From an uncultured Acidimicrobiia bacterium (GTDB lineage: Bacteria > Actinomycetota > Acidimicrobiia > Acidimicrobiales > AC-14), in contig CAWIIV010000011.1 of NCBI GenBank assembly GCA_963836205.1, positions 1 to 64,000 on the forward strand: 64,000 nt of DNA, given 5' to 3'. A model generated the notes under the pieces. It was given only the letters and a program-made list of their open reading frames with translations, had not been told where the DNA came from and made no database searches. Every line of letters starts with the position of its first letter. Position 1 is the first letter of the stretch. A program made the position numbers and the translations under genes. Positions 18,760 through 30,064 of this stretch are shown here, piece by piece.

Positions 18760-20040
18760 CCGCTTTAACCGGCCCGTTCGTTTCAAGAAGACCCACGACG
18801 GATCGAGCCGCTCCCCGGTGGGGTGTGACCATCCGCCGGTGGGGACGCCCAGGGCGCGGGCGGCCTCTCCCGGCGGCCGGCCGGGCGGCGCGGGACGGCC
18901 GGCGGCGTCGATTCGCCGACCCCGCTCGTCGGTGAAGACGATCCCGTCCGGGTCGTCGGCGTTGCCGCTGATGCCGAGACGGCCGAGGTGGTGAGGGCGG
19001 TATGTCGCTGGCAGAGGGCCAGCAAATTGGCCGTATCTGAGCTGCCCCCGTCCTCCCAATGCTCGACGTGGTGGATGTGTAACCAGCGGCTTCGCTCGCA
19101 CCCCGGGAACCGGCAACCCCGGTGGCGTTCCTCGATGTCCATCCGGGTGCGATCGGGGACGGTGCGGAACGCCCGCCCGACGCTCACCGGCCGGCCCTCG
19201 GCCTCGATGACGGGACGTATACGGACATCGCAGGACAGGAAGCGGCGGAGACCGTCGCTCAGGCCGGGGCCGAGGTGGAGGTGGCCGCCAGGGGCGCCGT
19301 CGGGATCGGTGTCGACGTGGAGGAGAACGAGGTGACGCTCGTGGTGGGGGCGACACTCGGCGCCCGGGGCCAGCGACCGCTCGGCCATGGCCACCAGGGC
19401 GTCGGCCCAACTCACGTCGGCCGGCGCCGGCTTCGCTCCCGGCCCGTGCTCGCTGGCCCGGTACAACTCGTCGCGGGCCGCGGCCAACGCCCGCTCCACA
19501 AGCGCACCTTTGTCGGCCGTGAGCTGGGCCGATAGCGTCGAGGAGCCCTTGTCGTCGTGGCCGAAGTTCGCCCGACGGACCTCCACGGCCGCAGGCGGAC
19601 CCGGGGCCTTGTCGGTCTCGAACGCGTAGCTACCGAGAACTCGGCGTAGCTGCACGACGGTGGCCGACCGGGCCAGCTCGGCGGCCTGGGAGTCGATACC
19701 GGCGGGAGCGTAGCGGCAGATGACCGCCACCTGGTCCTCGCAGAGCTCGCCCGCATTCATGGCCGTCTTGGTGTCGGGCAACCCTGCCACACGACGGGCC
19801 ATGGCCACCACGCTTCGAGCCCGGGCCGGTGACTCGCCACATTTCCACGCGACCCACTGCTCGGCCGAGCGGATTCCGGCGCCTTCCCACCCTCCGGCCT
19901 CCAGGACCCGGGCGATGAGGTCGACCAGTCGCCCCACGGCGGCGCATCACCCCACACACCTGGGCAATGTCACCCTCGACCTTGGCGATGTCCGCTTCGT
20001 CGACCACGAGGTCTAATGTACCAAACATACGTTCGCTCAT
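18760..20040 (-). pseudogene. DUF222 + HNH endonuclease (13E12-repeat-like) gene with frameshifts near 19945 and 19000; 3' end approximate
   Basis: GWEGAGIRSAEQWVAWKCG, and GCRFPGC...HIHHVEHWEDGGSSDTANLLALC..H, continuing as HHLGRLGISGNADDPDG in another frame. Confidence 0.8.
20022..20035. promoter_or_regulatory. Putative LexA SOS box overlapping the DUF222/HNH start
   Basis: CAAAC-ATAC-GTTCG, one mismatch from the actinobacterial consensus CGAAC-N4-GTTCG. Confidence 0.55.
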
Positions 20041-20296
20041 GGTCGAATTGAGCAGGAATTTCGGCCCCACGGCGCGCAGCACCAAGCCAACTGCGCGGCC
20101 GCCTGACCCTCCTGCCGAGGACTCGCCAACGAATACGGCCGTCGGTCTCTCAGACCGGGCAGCCTCACCAGGGTCCACGTGGCGCCAGCGTTTGACGATG
20201 GCGGGGAAGGCCTCGATTCGCCGGCGGGACACCCGGGCTGTCGTTCCCCGGCGATGCGGCGGAGGCGCCCCCGAGGGCGTGCCGATGGTCGCGAGA

Positions 20297-21001
20297 TCAG
20301 ACTCCTCGGGCGGACCGTTCGAGGCCGTCGAGGATGAGGTCGAGCCCGAACTCGAACTCCTTGCCAAAGTCGTAGCCGGGCTGGAGCACGTGCTCGATCG
20401 CCAGCTCGGCAAGGTGGGGATAGGCGTCGACGGGGAACTGCGCCATGATCGCCTGGGCCAGCTCCGAGGTCTCCTCGGGTGTGTCGAACGGCAGATTCCG
20501 CTCCTGCATGGCGAAGCCGTAGATGTAGCTGTCGAGGGCCGAGTAGGCGTGGGCCGTCAGCTCGATCGAGAAACCGGCGTTCCGGAGGCAGCCGATGACG
20601 GCGTCATGGTGGCGCAGGTTCGCGGGACCGGGCGACGTCCGTGATTCCATGAGCCCGATCGCCCACCGGTGTCGCGACAGGACCGAGCGCACCGAGTTGG
20701 CCCGTCGACGCATGGCCGACCGCCAGCCGTCTTCGCCGGAAGGCAGCTCGATCTCGCCGAACACCACGTCGATCATGGCGTCGAGGAGATCGTCCTTGTT
20801 GGCCACATGGTTGTAGAGCGACATCGCCTCCACTCCGAGCGCCTCGCCGAGCTTGCGCATGCTGAGTGACTCGATCCCGTGCTCGTCGGCCAGGGCGATC
20901 GCAGCCTCCGAGATCCGGCCGCGGCTGAGCCGGGGGCGGGGGACGGCTTGGGGATCGGTCGATGCGATCACCGGCGGCTCCTGGTGGTTGACGCTTGACA
21001 T
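20297..21001 (-). CDS. TetR/AcrR family regulator (TetR_C domain)
   Basis: [30 protein letters not shown]; C-terminus [13 protein letters not shown]. Confidence 0.95.
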   Translation of the reverse strand: MSSVNHQEPPVIASTDPQAVPRPRLSRGRISEAAIALADEHGIESLSMRKLGEALGVEAMSLYNHVANKDDLLDAMIDVVFGEIELPSGEDGWRSAMRRRANSVRSVLSRHRWAIGLMESRTSPGPANLRHHDAVIGCLRNAGFSIELTAHAYSALDSYIYGFAMQERNLPFDTPEETSELAQAIMAQFPVDAYPHLAELAIEHVLQPGYDFGKEFEFGLDLILDGLERSARGV

Positions 21002-21002
21002 T

Positions 21003-21035
21003 CTTACACTGTAAGTCTACAACTTACGGTGTAAG
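21003..21035. promoter_or_regulatory. Two tandem palindromic operators, probably bound by the adjacent TetR
   Basis: CTTACACTGTAAG (21003-21015) and CTTACGGTGTAAG (21023-21035), 20 bp apart start to start, in the 57-bp divergent gap. Confidence 0.75.
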
Positions 21036-21058
21036 CAAACCCACGAGGGAGCGTCATC

Positions 21059-22105
21059 ATGAGAACCGCACAGCACGGCACGCCGATGGGGACGGTTCCG
21101 ACCGGGACGACGATGACGGCCATCGTCCAGGAGAACTACGGCGCCGCCGCCGAGAGCGTCCTCCGGCTGGCAGAGACGGCCCGGCCGACGATCGGCGATG
21201 GCGACGTCCTGGTACGAGTCGTCGCGGCCAGCGTCGACATGGGGACGTGGCACTGCATGACCGGCATGCCGTACGCCATGCGCCTGGCCGGCTTCGGCGT
21301 CCGCCGGCCGAAGGCGTCCAACCCCGGCCGGAGCCTGGCCGGAACCGTCGAGTCGGTCGGCAAGGACGTCACCGGTTTCGCGCCCGGGGACGAGGTCTAC
21401 GGCACCTGCGACGGCTCGTTCGCCCAGTACGCCCGGGTCAAGACGGGCATGCTCGCCCCCAAGCCGGCGAACCTCTCCTTCGAGCGGGCGGCGGCGGTGC
21501 CCGTGTCGGCTCTGACCGCCCTCCAGGCAGTGCGCAAGGCAGGGGTGGAGGCGGGTCAGAAGGTGCTGATCGTCGGTGCTTCGGGCGGCGTGGGCACGTT
21601 CGCGGTGCAGATCGCGAAGGCGTTCGGCGCGGAGGTCACCGGCGTGTGCAGCACCGCCAAGGTGGACATGGTGCGGAGCCTCGGCGCCGACCACGTCGTC
21701 GACTACGCCCGGGACGACTTCGCCGATGGCGAGCACCGCTACGACGTCATCCTCGACATCGGCGGCAACCGCCGGCTGTCTGTTCTCCGGGGAGCCCTCA
21801 CCGCCCGGGGGACGCTCATGATCGTCGGCGGCGAGACCGGTGGGCGCTGGCTCGGTGGGTTCGACCGTTCCTTGCGGGCGGCGATGCTGTCGCCGCTGGT
21901 GAAGCAGAAGCTGGGCCTGGTCGCCTCTACCGAGAACGCCGCCGACCTGCGAGTTCTCTGCGATCTCATCGAGTCCGGAAAGGTCACACCGGTCATCGAC
22001 TGCACCTACCCGCTCGCCGCCACCGCCGCCGCCATCGACTACGTCAGGGCCGGGAAGGCCCGGGGCAAGGTCGTCGTCGCTGTCCACGACGCCGGGCGCA
22101 GCTGA
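21059..22105 (+). CDS. NAD(P)-dependent medium-chain dehydrogenase / quinone-oxidoreductase-like protein
   Basis: GASGGVGTFAVQIAK, LGADHVVDY and KARGKVVV motifs; no Zn-Cys cluster. Confidence 0.92.
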   Translation: MRTAQHGTPMGTVPTGTTMTAIVQENYGAAAESVLRLAETARPTIGDGDVLVRVVAASVDMGTWHCMTGMPYAMRLAGFGVRRPKASNPGRSLAGTVESVGKDVTGFAPGDEVYGTCDGSFAQYARVKTGMLAPKPANLSFERAAAVPVSALTALQAVRKAGVEAGQKVLIVGASGGVGTFAVQIAKAFGAEVTGVCSTAKVDMVRSLGADHVVDYARDDFADGEHRYDVILDIGGNRRLSVLRGALTARGTLMIVGGETGGRWLGGFDRSLRAAMLSPLVKQKLGLVASTENAADLRVLCDLIESGKVTPVIDCTYPLAATAAAIDYVRAGKARGKVVVAVHDAGRS

Positions 22106-22350
22106 CGCATACCGCGGCACCGGCGTCCTATGTGGGACGCTCCGGGCTGCTAGGAGGAGCGCGCCTGACCCCCCCCACAGGAGGTTCGCGATGGAAGCAG
22201 AAGGAGGGCTGGCCCGTACACCCGAGCGCACCTCTGTTCGACGAGACACGCCTGGCCGGCAGCGGGGTGCCCGGCCCAGCCGCTGGCGCGCTGGACACTG
22301 CCCGGACGGGGACCTCCCTACCGTCCGCCGGCGAACGCTAATGTCGACGT

Positions 22351-22998
22351 GTGATCCACGGCCCCTTCGACTGGGATCAGTTCGACTCCATCAAGAGCCG
22401 ATTTACGGACAAACCCGTCTTCGTTGTCCAGATTCCTGAGCCGGCGGGCGGCGACTGGATTACCCCCGAGGAAATGCAGCAGCTGGCGGCTGAGGCCCAG
22501 GGCGTCGGCGACGTCCCAGTAGCTCCTTTTGGGATAGCTGTCGGTAGAGGGGCCTCGGGCAGTGCGATTGGCCTGCTCATAGACTTGGGCGTCAACCTTA
22601 GTGCCGCGGCAATTGTAGGTGCTGTAGCCGGGGTTTGGAAGCGGCTTCAACATCGGAGGCCGATCATGTCCGTTGGTGCGCTCCGCTACTTGTGTATGGC
22701 GGACCTGGTAGATCGGTTGGCCGTAGATTCAGTGGACGATATTGTGACGGTTGTCGCGTGCGACACCAGCGGTCCACGTCCTTCGGAGCTGAATCCTGTT
22801 GATATCGAACCGGTTCTTGTTGTGTTCGCCGACCGCATGAATACTAGAAGTTGGGTGTATCTAATGTCGCCGCGCGGCCACATCCTCAGCTTTCACGAAG
22901 GAGAGCCAATGATGGTCGGCTTGTCCTCCTATTCGGGCCTGCCGACTCCAGCGGACGAGCCGCCGCTTCTTCTTAGCAACGATTCCGGCGCGACCTAG
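22351..22998 (+). CDS. Hypothetical protein (lower GC, one hydrophobic segment)
   Basis: 215-aa ORF in a compositionally distinct region; no confident family. Confidence 0.6.
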   Translation: MIHGPFDWDQFDSIKSRFTDKPVFVVQIPEPAGGDWITPEEMQQLAAEAQGVGDVPVAPFGIAVGRGASGSAIGLLIDLGVNLSAAAIVGAVAGVWKRLQHRRPIMSVGALRYLCMADLVDRLAVDSVDDIVTVVACDTSGPRPSELNPVDIEPVLVVFADRMNTRSWVYLMSPRGHILSFHEGEPMMVGLSSYSGLPTPADEPPLLLSNDSGAT

Positions 22999-23199
22999 AG
23001 AGCGCATGGCGACGCCGCCTCGGAATCTGATCATACCTCTGAAGACCCGCGCTAAGTGACCCTTATCTCCGGTCGAGCGACACGGCGCGGGAGCCCGAGC
23101 GGCGTTCCCCCCGCACCGCTGGCGATCTCAATAATGGGCGCCCTCAACAACGCATATCCTCCCGACGGCCGATCCGGCCCGCACCGCCCTCAATGCCGG

Positions 23200-23460
23200 T
23201 TGTGTGTCCGGTACGACGCCCCCCGCCGGCCGGGCCGTCTTCGAGTGCGGTGGTGGCCGACAACCTCGACATCGGCCGCCCTCGGAGGAACGACCTATCT
23301 CCGACCGCCGCATTCGCTCCGACACCAAAGGGGACGTTCCGGACCCGGGTGGTGACCCGGGGCACGGAGGTGACGCTGGACGCGAACTACCGGGACTCGC
23401 GCATCAACGAGTACCTCAAGGAAGGCCGTGCGCTGCGCATCGAGACCGTCGTCAACGGCC
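23200..23460 (+). pseudogene. Remnant of a transposase-like mobile-element gene
   Basis: Fragments FE.VVADNLDIGRP, TFRTRVVTRG and YLKEGRALRIETVVN, with frameshifts and truncated at both ends. The family is recognised from memory only. Confidence 0.5.
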
Positions 23461-24013
23461 TTGGGGGGGTGCCCAACCAAGAAGCATCGACGTGGGCGTC
23501 GCGATCAGCCTCTGCGGCGGATCTATCGGCCGGGAGTCGCAGGGATGGAAGTCCTTGCAGGTAAGCGTCCGAGCGGGAGGGCCGCGGTCCGTTCGGAATG
23601 GGTCCAGGTGGCGAGTTCGAGCACTGAAAGTGCGACCTCGTTGACCGCCGACTCCGCTCTCAGCACAGACGGAACATAGAGTGTTCACCTGACGGTCCGG
23701 TAGGCAGCGGTTATCGATAGTTGGGGGCGGATGACAATGGCGGAACGGTGCCGAGCAATGACCTCCTCTGCTCGGAACGGGCACTTCTTGAGGCTACAGA
23801 CTGGGAACCCGGCTCGATGTCTGGCGGCGAGCCGGTCGATGGGGTGGTCACCGATGCCAACAATTTTCCGTGACACGAGTCCGATCGGTGGAAGGCGAGA
23901 ATTGCGCTCGATATCATCCCGCTACTACGCAGTAACGCGCTCCCCTACTCAGGGAATCAGCCAGTCCAGACCGATGATGACACGAGAAGACTCGATGGGG
24001 ACTAGGGTCGGCT

Positions 24014-26675
24014 GTGTCTTTCCCTAGCGCCTTATGGGCGATCCTAGGCGTGCTGTTTGTCGTAGCGAAATCCTTGTATACCTACGTCCGCTACCGCCGC
24101 TCACTGCAACGCGGAGTCGAGTCATTCTGGTCGTATCTATTTGGCGGGATTGTATATCCCATCAACCGCGGACTAAGACAAGACTTAGCAGCTCGATTCA
24201 ACCTGCGGCGGTATGCTGAACATCAGCTACGGATTAGTAGCTCTTCTCTGCTGGTTCCCGGCATCGAACCAGTCGTCCTTGATATTGACAAGGTATACAT
24301 TCCCCAGGTTCTACACACTGATACGGGACACAGCGTCACACACGAACAGCTACGGCAGCAGCACGGATTGCTTAGGTGCGTCGTTACCGGCGACCCCGGA
24401 TCCGGCAAGTCGTCACTCATAAAGCGTCTATATCGCGACGCCTGCATTGAGGCAATAGCTAATCCGCGCCGCGCTCCGCTGCCTGTCACGGTCGAGCTGC
24501 GCGATTTCGTCTCGTCGTCCTCCGCGCCCATAGGCGACTTGGGCGAATATGCGCTCGAGCAGTTACGTCAGCGGATCATCAAGGTCGAAGGCTATAAGAT
24601 GGCGCGCTGTTTCGATACTTACCTGCGCGGCGCCGGGATTCTCCTACTTCTGGACGGCCTTGATGAGGTGCCCTCAGAACAGTACGAGAATGTTGAGGCG
24701 GCCCTGATGGCGCTCACCGAAACCCTCGCGAATTCGAGTGCTAAGTCGTGCGTCATCATAACCATGCGAACCCAGCTTTACGTTCAGATTCGGCGACGAC
24801 TGAATAGTCATCAATTTGAATCTTTGAGTATCCAACCCTTTAGTTTGTCGGATATGTATGAGTTCTTGACGCGCTGGCCGTTCGCAAGTAATCGGGACTC
24901 CTCGGTTGGGCGCATACTCTCTTATCTGTCAGATCAGCCTACATTACGTGACATGTGCACCAACCCGCTAGTGTTGTCAATGTACGTCGCCAATGATGAG
25001 CGCGGCAACTCACAGGTCGTCCCGGAGACACGGAGCGAGTTCTACCGACTTGTTGTAGACGAGCTTCTTGTATTCCGCAGGACCCGAGGCGGAGCGATCG
25101 GGCCGGGACTAGGAGCCTTGAAGCGCGAGCGCCAAAGCGTTCTCGGGGCGATTGCCTTTTCTCATCTTCGGATGAACTCTCAAATCGCCAATAGCATTCC
25201 TCTGGCGCTCTGCCTCGATAAGTGCATGCAGATCTGGAAACTCGACCACGCCGCAGCAGAAACTAAGCTCTTTGAACTTTCGCGAGATACGGGTCTGTTT
25301 ACCATGGAGAAGGAAAGAGAAACGATCCGCTTCATTCACCTGACGTTCTGCGAGTTCTTAGCCGCAGTTCATGTGGTTGAACAGGACTTTTCAGCGTGGG
25401 CGCGGCTACTTCCGCCGTTGAATCGATCTCGCCCCAGCGACTATGACGGTGGTACATCGGGCGCGACTCGATGGACAGAGGTCATCGCGTTTGCATCAGC
25501 ACTGCTTCCGCAACGTCGGAGACGCAACCTCTTCGGGCTGCTTGTGCGTACTGGCGAGAGATCATTGCTGTTGAAATGTGCGCGGGAGTCTCAGGATTAC
25601 GCGTTCCCGGAGGTGCAAGCGGCGGCGATCAGCGAGCTCGATGACCTGGCGACTGCGTCGTCGTGGGACGCTCTGTGGATGCAACGCGTCGCCAGTCTCG
25701 TTGCACTCGTTCGCGACATGGAGCGCGTTGCAATCCATGTTGTTGGATCCGCGCCGGCGCTGCGCGTAAATGAATGCTTGACCCGACTCGTAAATTCGAA
25801 GGATCGTTTCATGCGCCTATTTCGTCTGTATCTTCACGAGGATCCGTACGGCGTGTTGGTGCTATCTGGGAGCTATGACCTTGATATTGCGGAGTTGGCA
25901 CCGACTATTAGTGGCGCGGCCGATGAGCCTGGAGTCTATGTTGCAATTCGCCAATATGCATGCCACTCACGTCCGCGGCGTATGGCTCTTGATTCTCGCT
26001 GAGTCCGCACTGGAGCATGCAGTCGTCGCGAGAAGGCTATACGAAGACGACGATCTTCGAGATCAACTGCGAGGCTCCACGGAGCGCCTACCACGAAGCG
26101 CGAGGTGGGATGTCGGATGGGCTTCTCGGGGAACCGGACTCGGAGTGGTTCTCGCCTTGGCGACTAGTGCGTTATGTCCCGATAAAGGCCTTCGCGGAAT
26201 GCGGTACTTTGAACGTATTTCCGGTTTATGTGATATTGCGCCCCGGCGATGGGCGCTGACCGACCGCCTTGGGGGCATCTACGGCTCTCAGAGTCTCTTC
26301 ATATTGGGTGTGTTGGGTTTTGCGATAGCGTTCTGGTCAAACCATGCCAAGTCATGGATGGACACCTTGGGCGCAGTGTGCCTCTTCTCTCTTGCGGCAA
26401 AGGTTCTCTGGGATATGGTGTGGCGATGTCCGAAGGCCCAGCTCCCAACGAGGCTCGTACTTAATCTAGCTATCCCGGCGAAGGGGCACCGCGGAGGGCC
26501 CCTTGGTTCGCTGTATCAGGAAGCGATTCGTTCGGACGCTCTGGATCAGAAACATGCTTACGAGATGCCGCGATTCACTCGTAAGGTTCTGGAAGAAATG
26601 CCGTCATACCGGAATAGAAAGTACTGGGAAGTAGTGTATCGAAGGGCCCTGTGGAACGCGAGATCTACTGAGTAG
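24014..26675 (+). CDS. NACHT NTPase with N-terminal TM; probable C-terminal continuation (two TMs) after a frameshift near 25960
   Basis: Walker A GDPGSGKS, Walker B ILLLLDGLDE, NPLVL and FIHLTFCEFLAA. ORFs 24014-26002 and 25875-26675 overlap. Lower GC than the flanks. Confidence 0.85.
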
Positions 26676-26882
26676 TATCCTTGCCTTCCAGAGCCCTTCA
26701 AATCGCCGTGCCATGTTTCGGAACGCACTCCAAGGCGGGGATTCCGCGAGTTGGAGTCGGAGGGTCTGATCCGGAAAGAGCACATCCGGTCGGACCCCCG
26801 CACCGGCCGACGGTTCAGCAATGGACCAAGGATGCTCTATCGCAATCGTTTAGGCGACATGCGTAGACCCAAGAAGCCAGGT

Positions 26883-28341
26883 GAGGTTGTCCCGGTCGTC
26901 GTAGAAGTTTAAGGTGGCGGTCCCCCGCCTGAGACCTGCCGGATGGTAGGTGTCGGGCGACCGCCAAGTCACTCGACCAGCAAGGGGACCGCCAGTGAAG
27001 AAGAACTATCAGACCAAGGCCGCGCACGCGGCGACCGCCGAGCTCGCCCTGCCCGACACCGTGAGCCTGGCCATGGCCGAGCTGGCCGAGACAGTGCGCG
27101 AGGGCCTTCTCGCCTTGGCCGTCGGGGCTGGGCTGCAGGTCATGCACGTGATGATGCAGGAGAGCGTCACCGCCGCCTGCGGGCCCAAGGGCGTCCATGA
27201 TCCCGATCGAACCGCCGTCCGCCACGGAACCGAGGACGGCTCGGTGACCCTCGGCGGGCGGCGGTTGCCGGTGCAGCGGCCGCGCATGCGCAGCGCGGAC
27301 GGAACCGCCGAGGTGGCGGTGCGGGCCTACGACCTGTTCGCCTCCACCGAGCTGCTCGATTCGATGGCGCTGGAGCGCATGATGGCCAAGCTGTCGACTC
27401 GGCGGTACTCGGCCGGACTCGAGCCGGTCGGCACCGGGGTCGAGGCAGCAGCTCGATCGAAGTCGAAGTCGGCGGTCAGCCGGCGGTTCGTGACCGCCAC
27501 CGAATCGGCCCTGGCCACCATGTTGGCCGCCGACCTGTCGGGCCTCGACCTGGTGGCGCTGATGATCGACGGCGTGCACTTCGCGGACCACGTCTGCGTG
27601 GTGGCACTGGGGATCGGCATCGACGGGACGAAGCACCCGCTCGGGGTGGTGGAGGGCGACACCGAGAACGCCACCATCGTCAAGGACCTCCTCACCGGCC
27701 TTCGGGATCGGGGCCTGGACACCACCAGGCCCATCCTGTGCGTGCTCGACGGGGCAAAGGCGCTGGTGGCGGCGGTCAAGGCGGTGTTCGACCACCCGGT
27801 CGTGGCTCGTTGCCAGCTCCACAAGATCCGCAATGTCGAGTCGCGACTGCCCAAGGACATGGCGGCCACGGTGGCCCGCAAGATGCGAGCGGCCTACCAC
27901 GACGCTGACGCGTTGGCCGCCGAGGCGACACTCGAAGCCCTGGCCCGGGATCTGGACAAGGGCCACCCCGGTGCCGCTGGCAGCCTGCGGGAGGGCCTGG
28001 CCGAGACGCTCACCGTCAGCCGCCTCGGGGTGCCGCCGACGCTGGCCCGAACGCTGCGCTCGACCAACGCCATCGAGTCGATGATCGAGATCTGCCGGGA
28101 TCACTCGACCAACGTGAAGCGCTGGCGGGACGGGACGATGGCGCTGCGCTGGTGTGCGGCGGGCATGGTGGAGGCGGCCAAGCAGTTCCGCCGGGTGAAC
28201 GGATTTCTCCACCTGCCCGCCCTCCGGACCGCCCTTGACGCTCACGTCACGAAGGTTGTCGCACCCCCGTGCGAGGATGGGGAAGTAGCCGCCTGATCAT
28301 CGGGGCCGCCACCGAAGTTCCACGGAACTCGGGACATCCTC
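26883..28341 (+). mobile_element. IS256-family insertion sequence
   Basis: Imperfect terminal IRs (GAGGTTGTCCCG... / ...CGGGACATCCTC) and 8-bp TSD AGCCAGGT (26875-26882, 28342-28349). Confidence 0.93.
26995..28296 (+). CDS. IS256 family DDE transposase
   Basis: LMIDG, VLDGAKAL, RCQLHK and STNAIES motifs. Confidence 0.93.
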   Translation: MKKNYQTKAAHAATAELALPDTVSLAMAELAETVREGLLALAVGAGLQVMHVMMQESVTAACGPKGVHDPDRTAVRHGTEDGSVTLGGRRLPVQRPRMRSADGTAEVAVRAYDLFASTELLDSMALERMMAKLSTRRYSAGLEPVGTGVEAAARSKSKSAVSRRFVTATESALATMLAADLSGLDLVALMIDGVHFADHVCVVALGIGIDGTKHPLGVVEGDTENATIVKDLLTGLRDRGLDTTRPILCVLDGAKALVAAVKAVFDHPVVARCQLHKIRNVESRLPKDMAATVARKMRAAYHDADALAAEATLEALARDLDKGHPGAAGSLREGLAETLTVSRLGVPPTLARTLRSTNAIESMIEICRDHSTNVKRWRDGTMALRWCAAGMVEAAKQFRRVNGFLHLPALRTALDAHVTKVVAPPCEDGEVAA

Positions 28342-28627
28342 AGCCAGGTTCGATGATCGGCGTTCAAATCACTCCACCTCCACGACATCGAGAAGGTAGA
28401 AGTCTCGGCCAGAGGGTTCCGCAGGCGCATTCCCGATCATAGCGCCACAGCCAGGAAAACATTCTCCTTCGCTAGAGAATGGTCATCTTCGTGCAGCCGG
28501 GCAGCGATGCTTAACGCCTGGGAATCTGGCACAGGCAATAGGGCTGTGGCACTCCACGCCTCTGGAATACCGGTGTAGAACCTACGTTGTAGGGACGATT
28601 GTTTCTCTCTGGGCATGGATGAGATCC

Positions 28628-30064
28628 GGCTCTCCTGACCCAAGTGTGGATGGGATCGGAGCCGGCAGGCGTGTAGTGGCTGGCTGAGCAGGTCTTCCGG
28701 TATCCGCGTGACGCGCACGGGCCGGGCCAAGGTTCACGGACTTCTCACACCCCTGAACCGGGAGGTCCTCAACCCGTGCGCGTCACCACCGCATTCAAGC
28801 GCCTCCTTCGGCTCGACGACGTCAACGTCGTCGCCGTGGAGTTCCTGACCACGATCGTGATCGTCACCGTGGCCCTGCGCCGGCGGCGGCTGGTCTGCCC
28901 CCATTGCGGGTTCAAGACCCGGTTCCGCTACGACACCCGGCCGGCGCCGTCGTGGTGGCGCCACCTCGACCTGGGCACCTGGCGGCTGGAGGTCCGGGCC
29001 AGCCTGCGCCGTCTTCGTTGCCCCGACCACGGCGTGGTGGTGGAGGCCGTCCCCTTCGCCCGGCCGGGGGCGAACCTCACCCGGGACCTCGACGACCTGC
29101 TGGCGTGGCTGGCGACGAGGATGGACCGCACGGCGGTCGCTCGTCTGTGCCGGGTGTCGTGGCGGACGGTGGGACGGGCCTGCGAACGGGTGGTGGCGAG
29201 CGAGCTCGACGACCATCGCCTCGACGGCCTGTTCCGCATCGGGGTCGACGAGATCTCCTGGCGCAAGCACCACCGCTACCTGACGCTGGTGGTCGACCAC
29301 GACCGGGGCAGGGTCGTCTGGGGAGCCAAAGGCAAGGACGCCAAGACCCTCGACGCCTTCTTCGACGAGCTCGGGCCGGAGCGATCGTCCCAGCTCAGCG
29401 CCATTTCCATGGATCTGGGCCCGGCCTACCTCAAGAGCGTCAAGGCCGAGGGACACGCTCCTCAGGCCATCGTGTGCGCCGATCCGTTCCACCTCGTGTG
29501 CCTGGTGGGCGACGCTCTCGACGAGGTCCGCCGGGACCTGTGGAACCAGCTGCGCCGGCTTCCCGACGACCGCTGGGCCAAGGACTTCAAGGGAGCCCGG
29601 TGGGCCCTGCTGAAGAACCCCGAGGACCTGACCACCACCCAGGCCGCCCAGCGCAAGCGCATCCGACGCAACCGGGGCGGGATGTGGCGGGCCTATGAGA
29701 TGAAGGAGCAGTTCCGGGCCATCCTGGCCGGCGACCTCACCCGCGACGAGGCGGGCGAGCTTCTCGACCGGTGGTGTGCCCGAGCCCAGAGATCGCGGCT
29801 GGCGCCGTTCGTCAAGGTGGCCAAGACCATGCGCCAGCGTCGGGAGATGATCCTCAACGCCGTCGAGCACGGGATCTCCAACGGCCGGGTGGAGGGCTTC
29901 AACACCAAGGTCCGCCTCATCATCCGCAGGGCGTACGGGTTCCATTCCGCCGACGCGGCCCTGGCCCTCGTCATGCTCGCTGCCGGGCCCATCGACATCA
30001 AGCTGCCGCACGAGCGGGTGGTCTGGAAAGAGGCGTCCTGATCCACATCGTGGTCAGGAGAGCC
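28628..30064 (+). mobile_element. ISL3-family insertion sequence
   Basis: 24-bp IRs GGCTCTCCTGACC....TGTGGAT at both ends; 8-bp TSD TGAGATCC (28620-28627, 30065-30072). Confidence 0.94.
28776..30041 (+). CDS. ISL3 family transposase
   Basis: CPHCG zinc finger; IGVDE, SMD, DPFH and SNGRVEGFNTKVR..RRAYGF motifs. Confidence 0.95.
   Translation: MRVTTAFKRLLRLDDVNVVAVEFLTTIVIVTVALRRRRLVCPHCGFKTRFRYDTRPAPSWWRHLDLGTWRLEVRASLRRLRCPDHGVVVEAVPFARPGANLTRDLDDLLAWLATRMDRTAVARLCRVSWRTVGRACERVVASELDDHRLDGLFRIGVDEISWRKHHRYLTLVVDHDRGRVVWGAKGKDAKTLDAFFDELGPERSSQLSAISMDLGPAYLKSVKAEGHAPQAIVCADPFHLVCLVGDALDEVRRDLWNQLRRLPDDRWAKDFKGARWALLKNPEDLTTTQAAQRKRIRRNRGGMWRAYEMKEQFRAILAGDLTRDEAGELLDRWCARAQRSRLAPFVKVAKTMRQRREMILNAVEHGISNGRVEGFNTKVRLIIRRAYGFHSADAALALVMLAAGPIDIKLPHERVVWKEAS

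Noticed and set aside
22191-22439. 82-aa ORF with a strong AGGAGG SD
   Set aside because: The translation is not protein-like and overlaps the better ORF starting at 22351.
28342-28627. Gene interrupted by IS256/ISL3
   Set aside because: The minus-strand frames I could reconstruct gave no recognisable protein.
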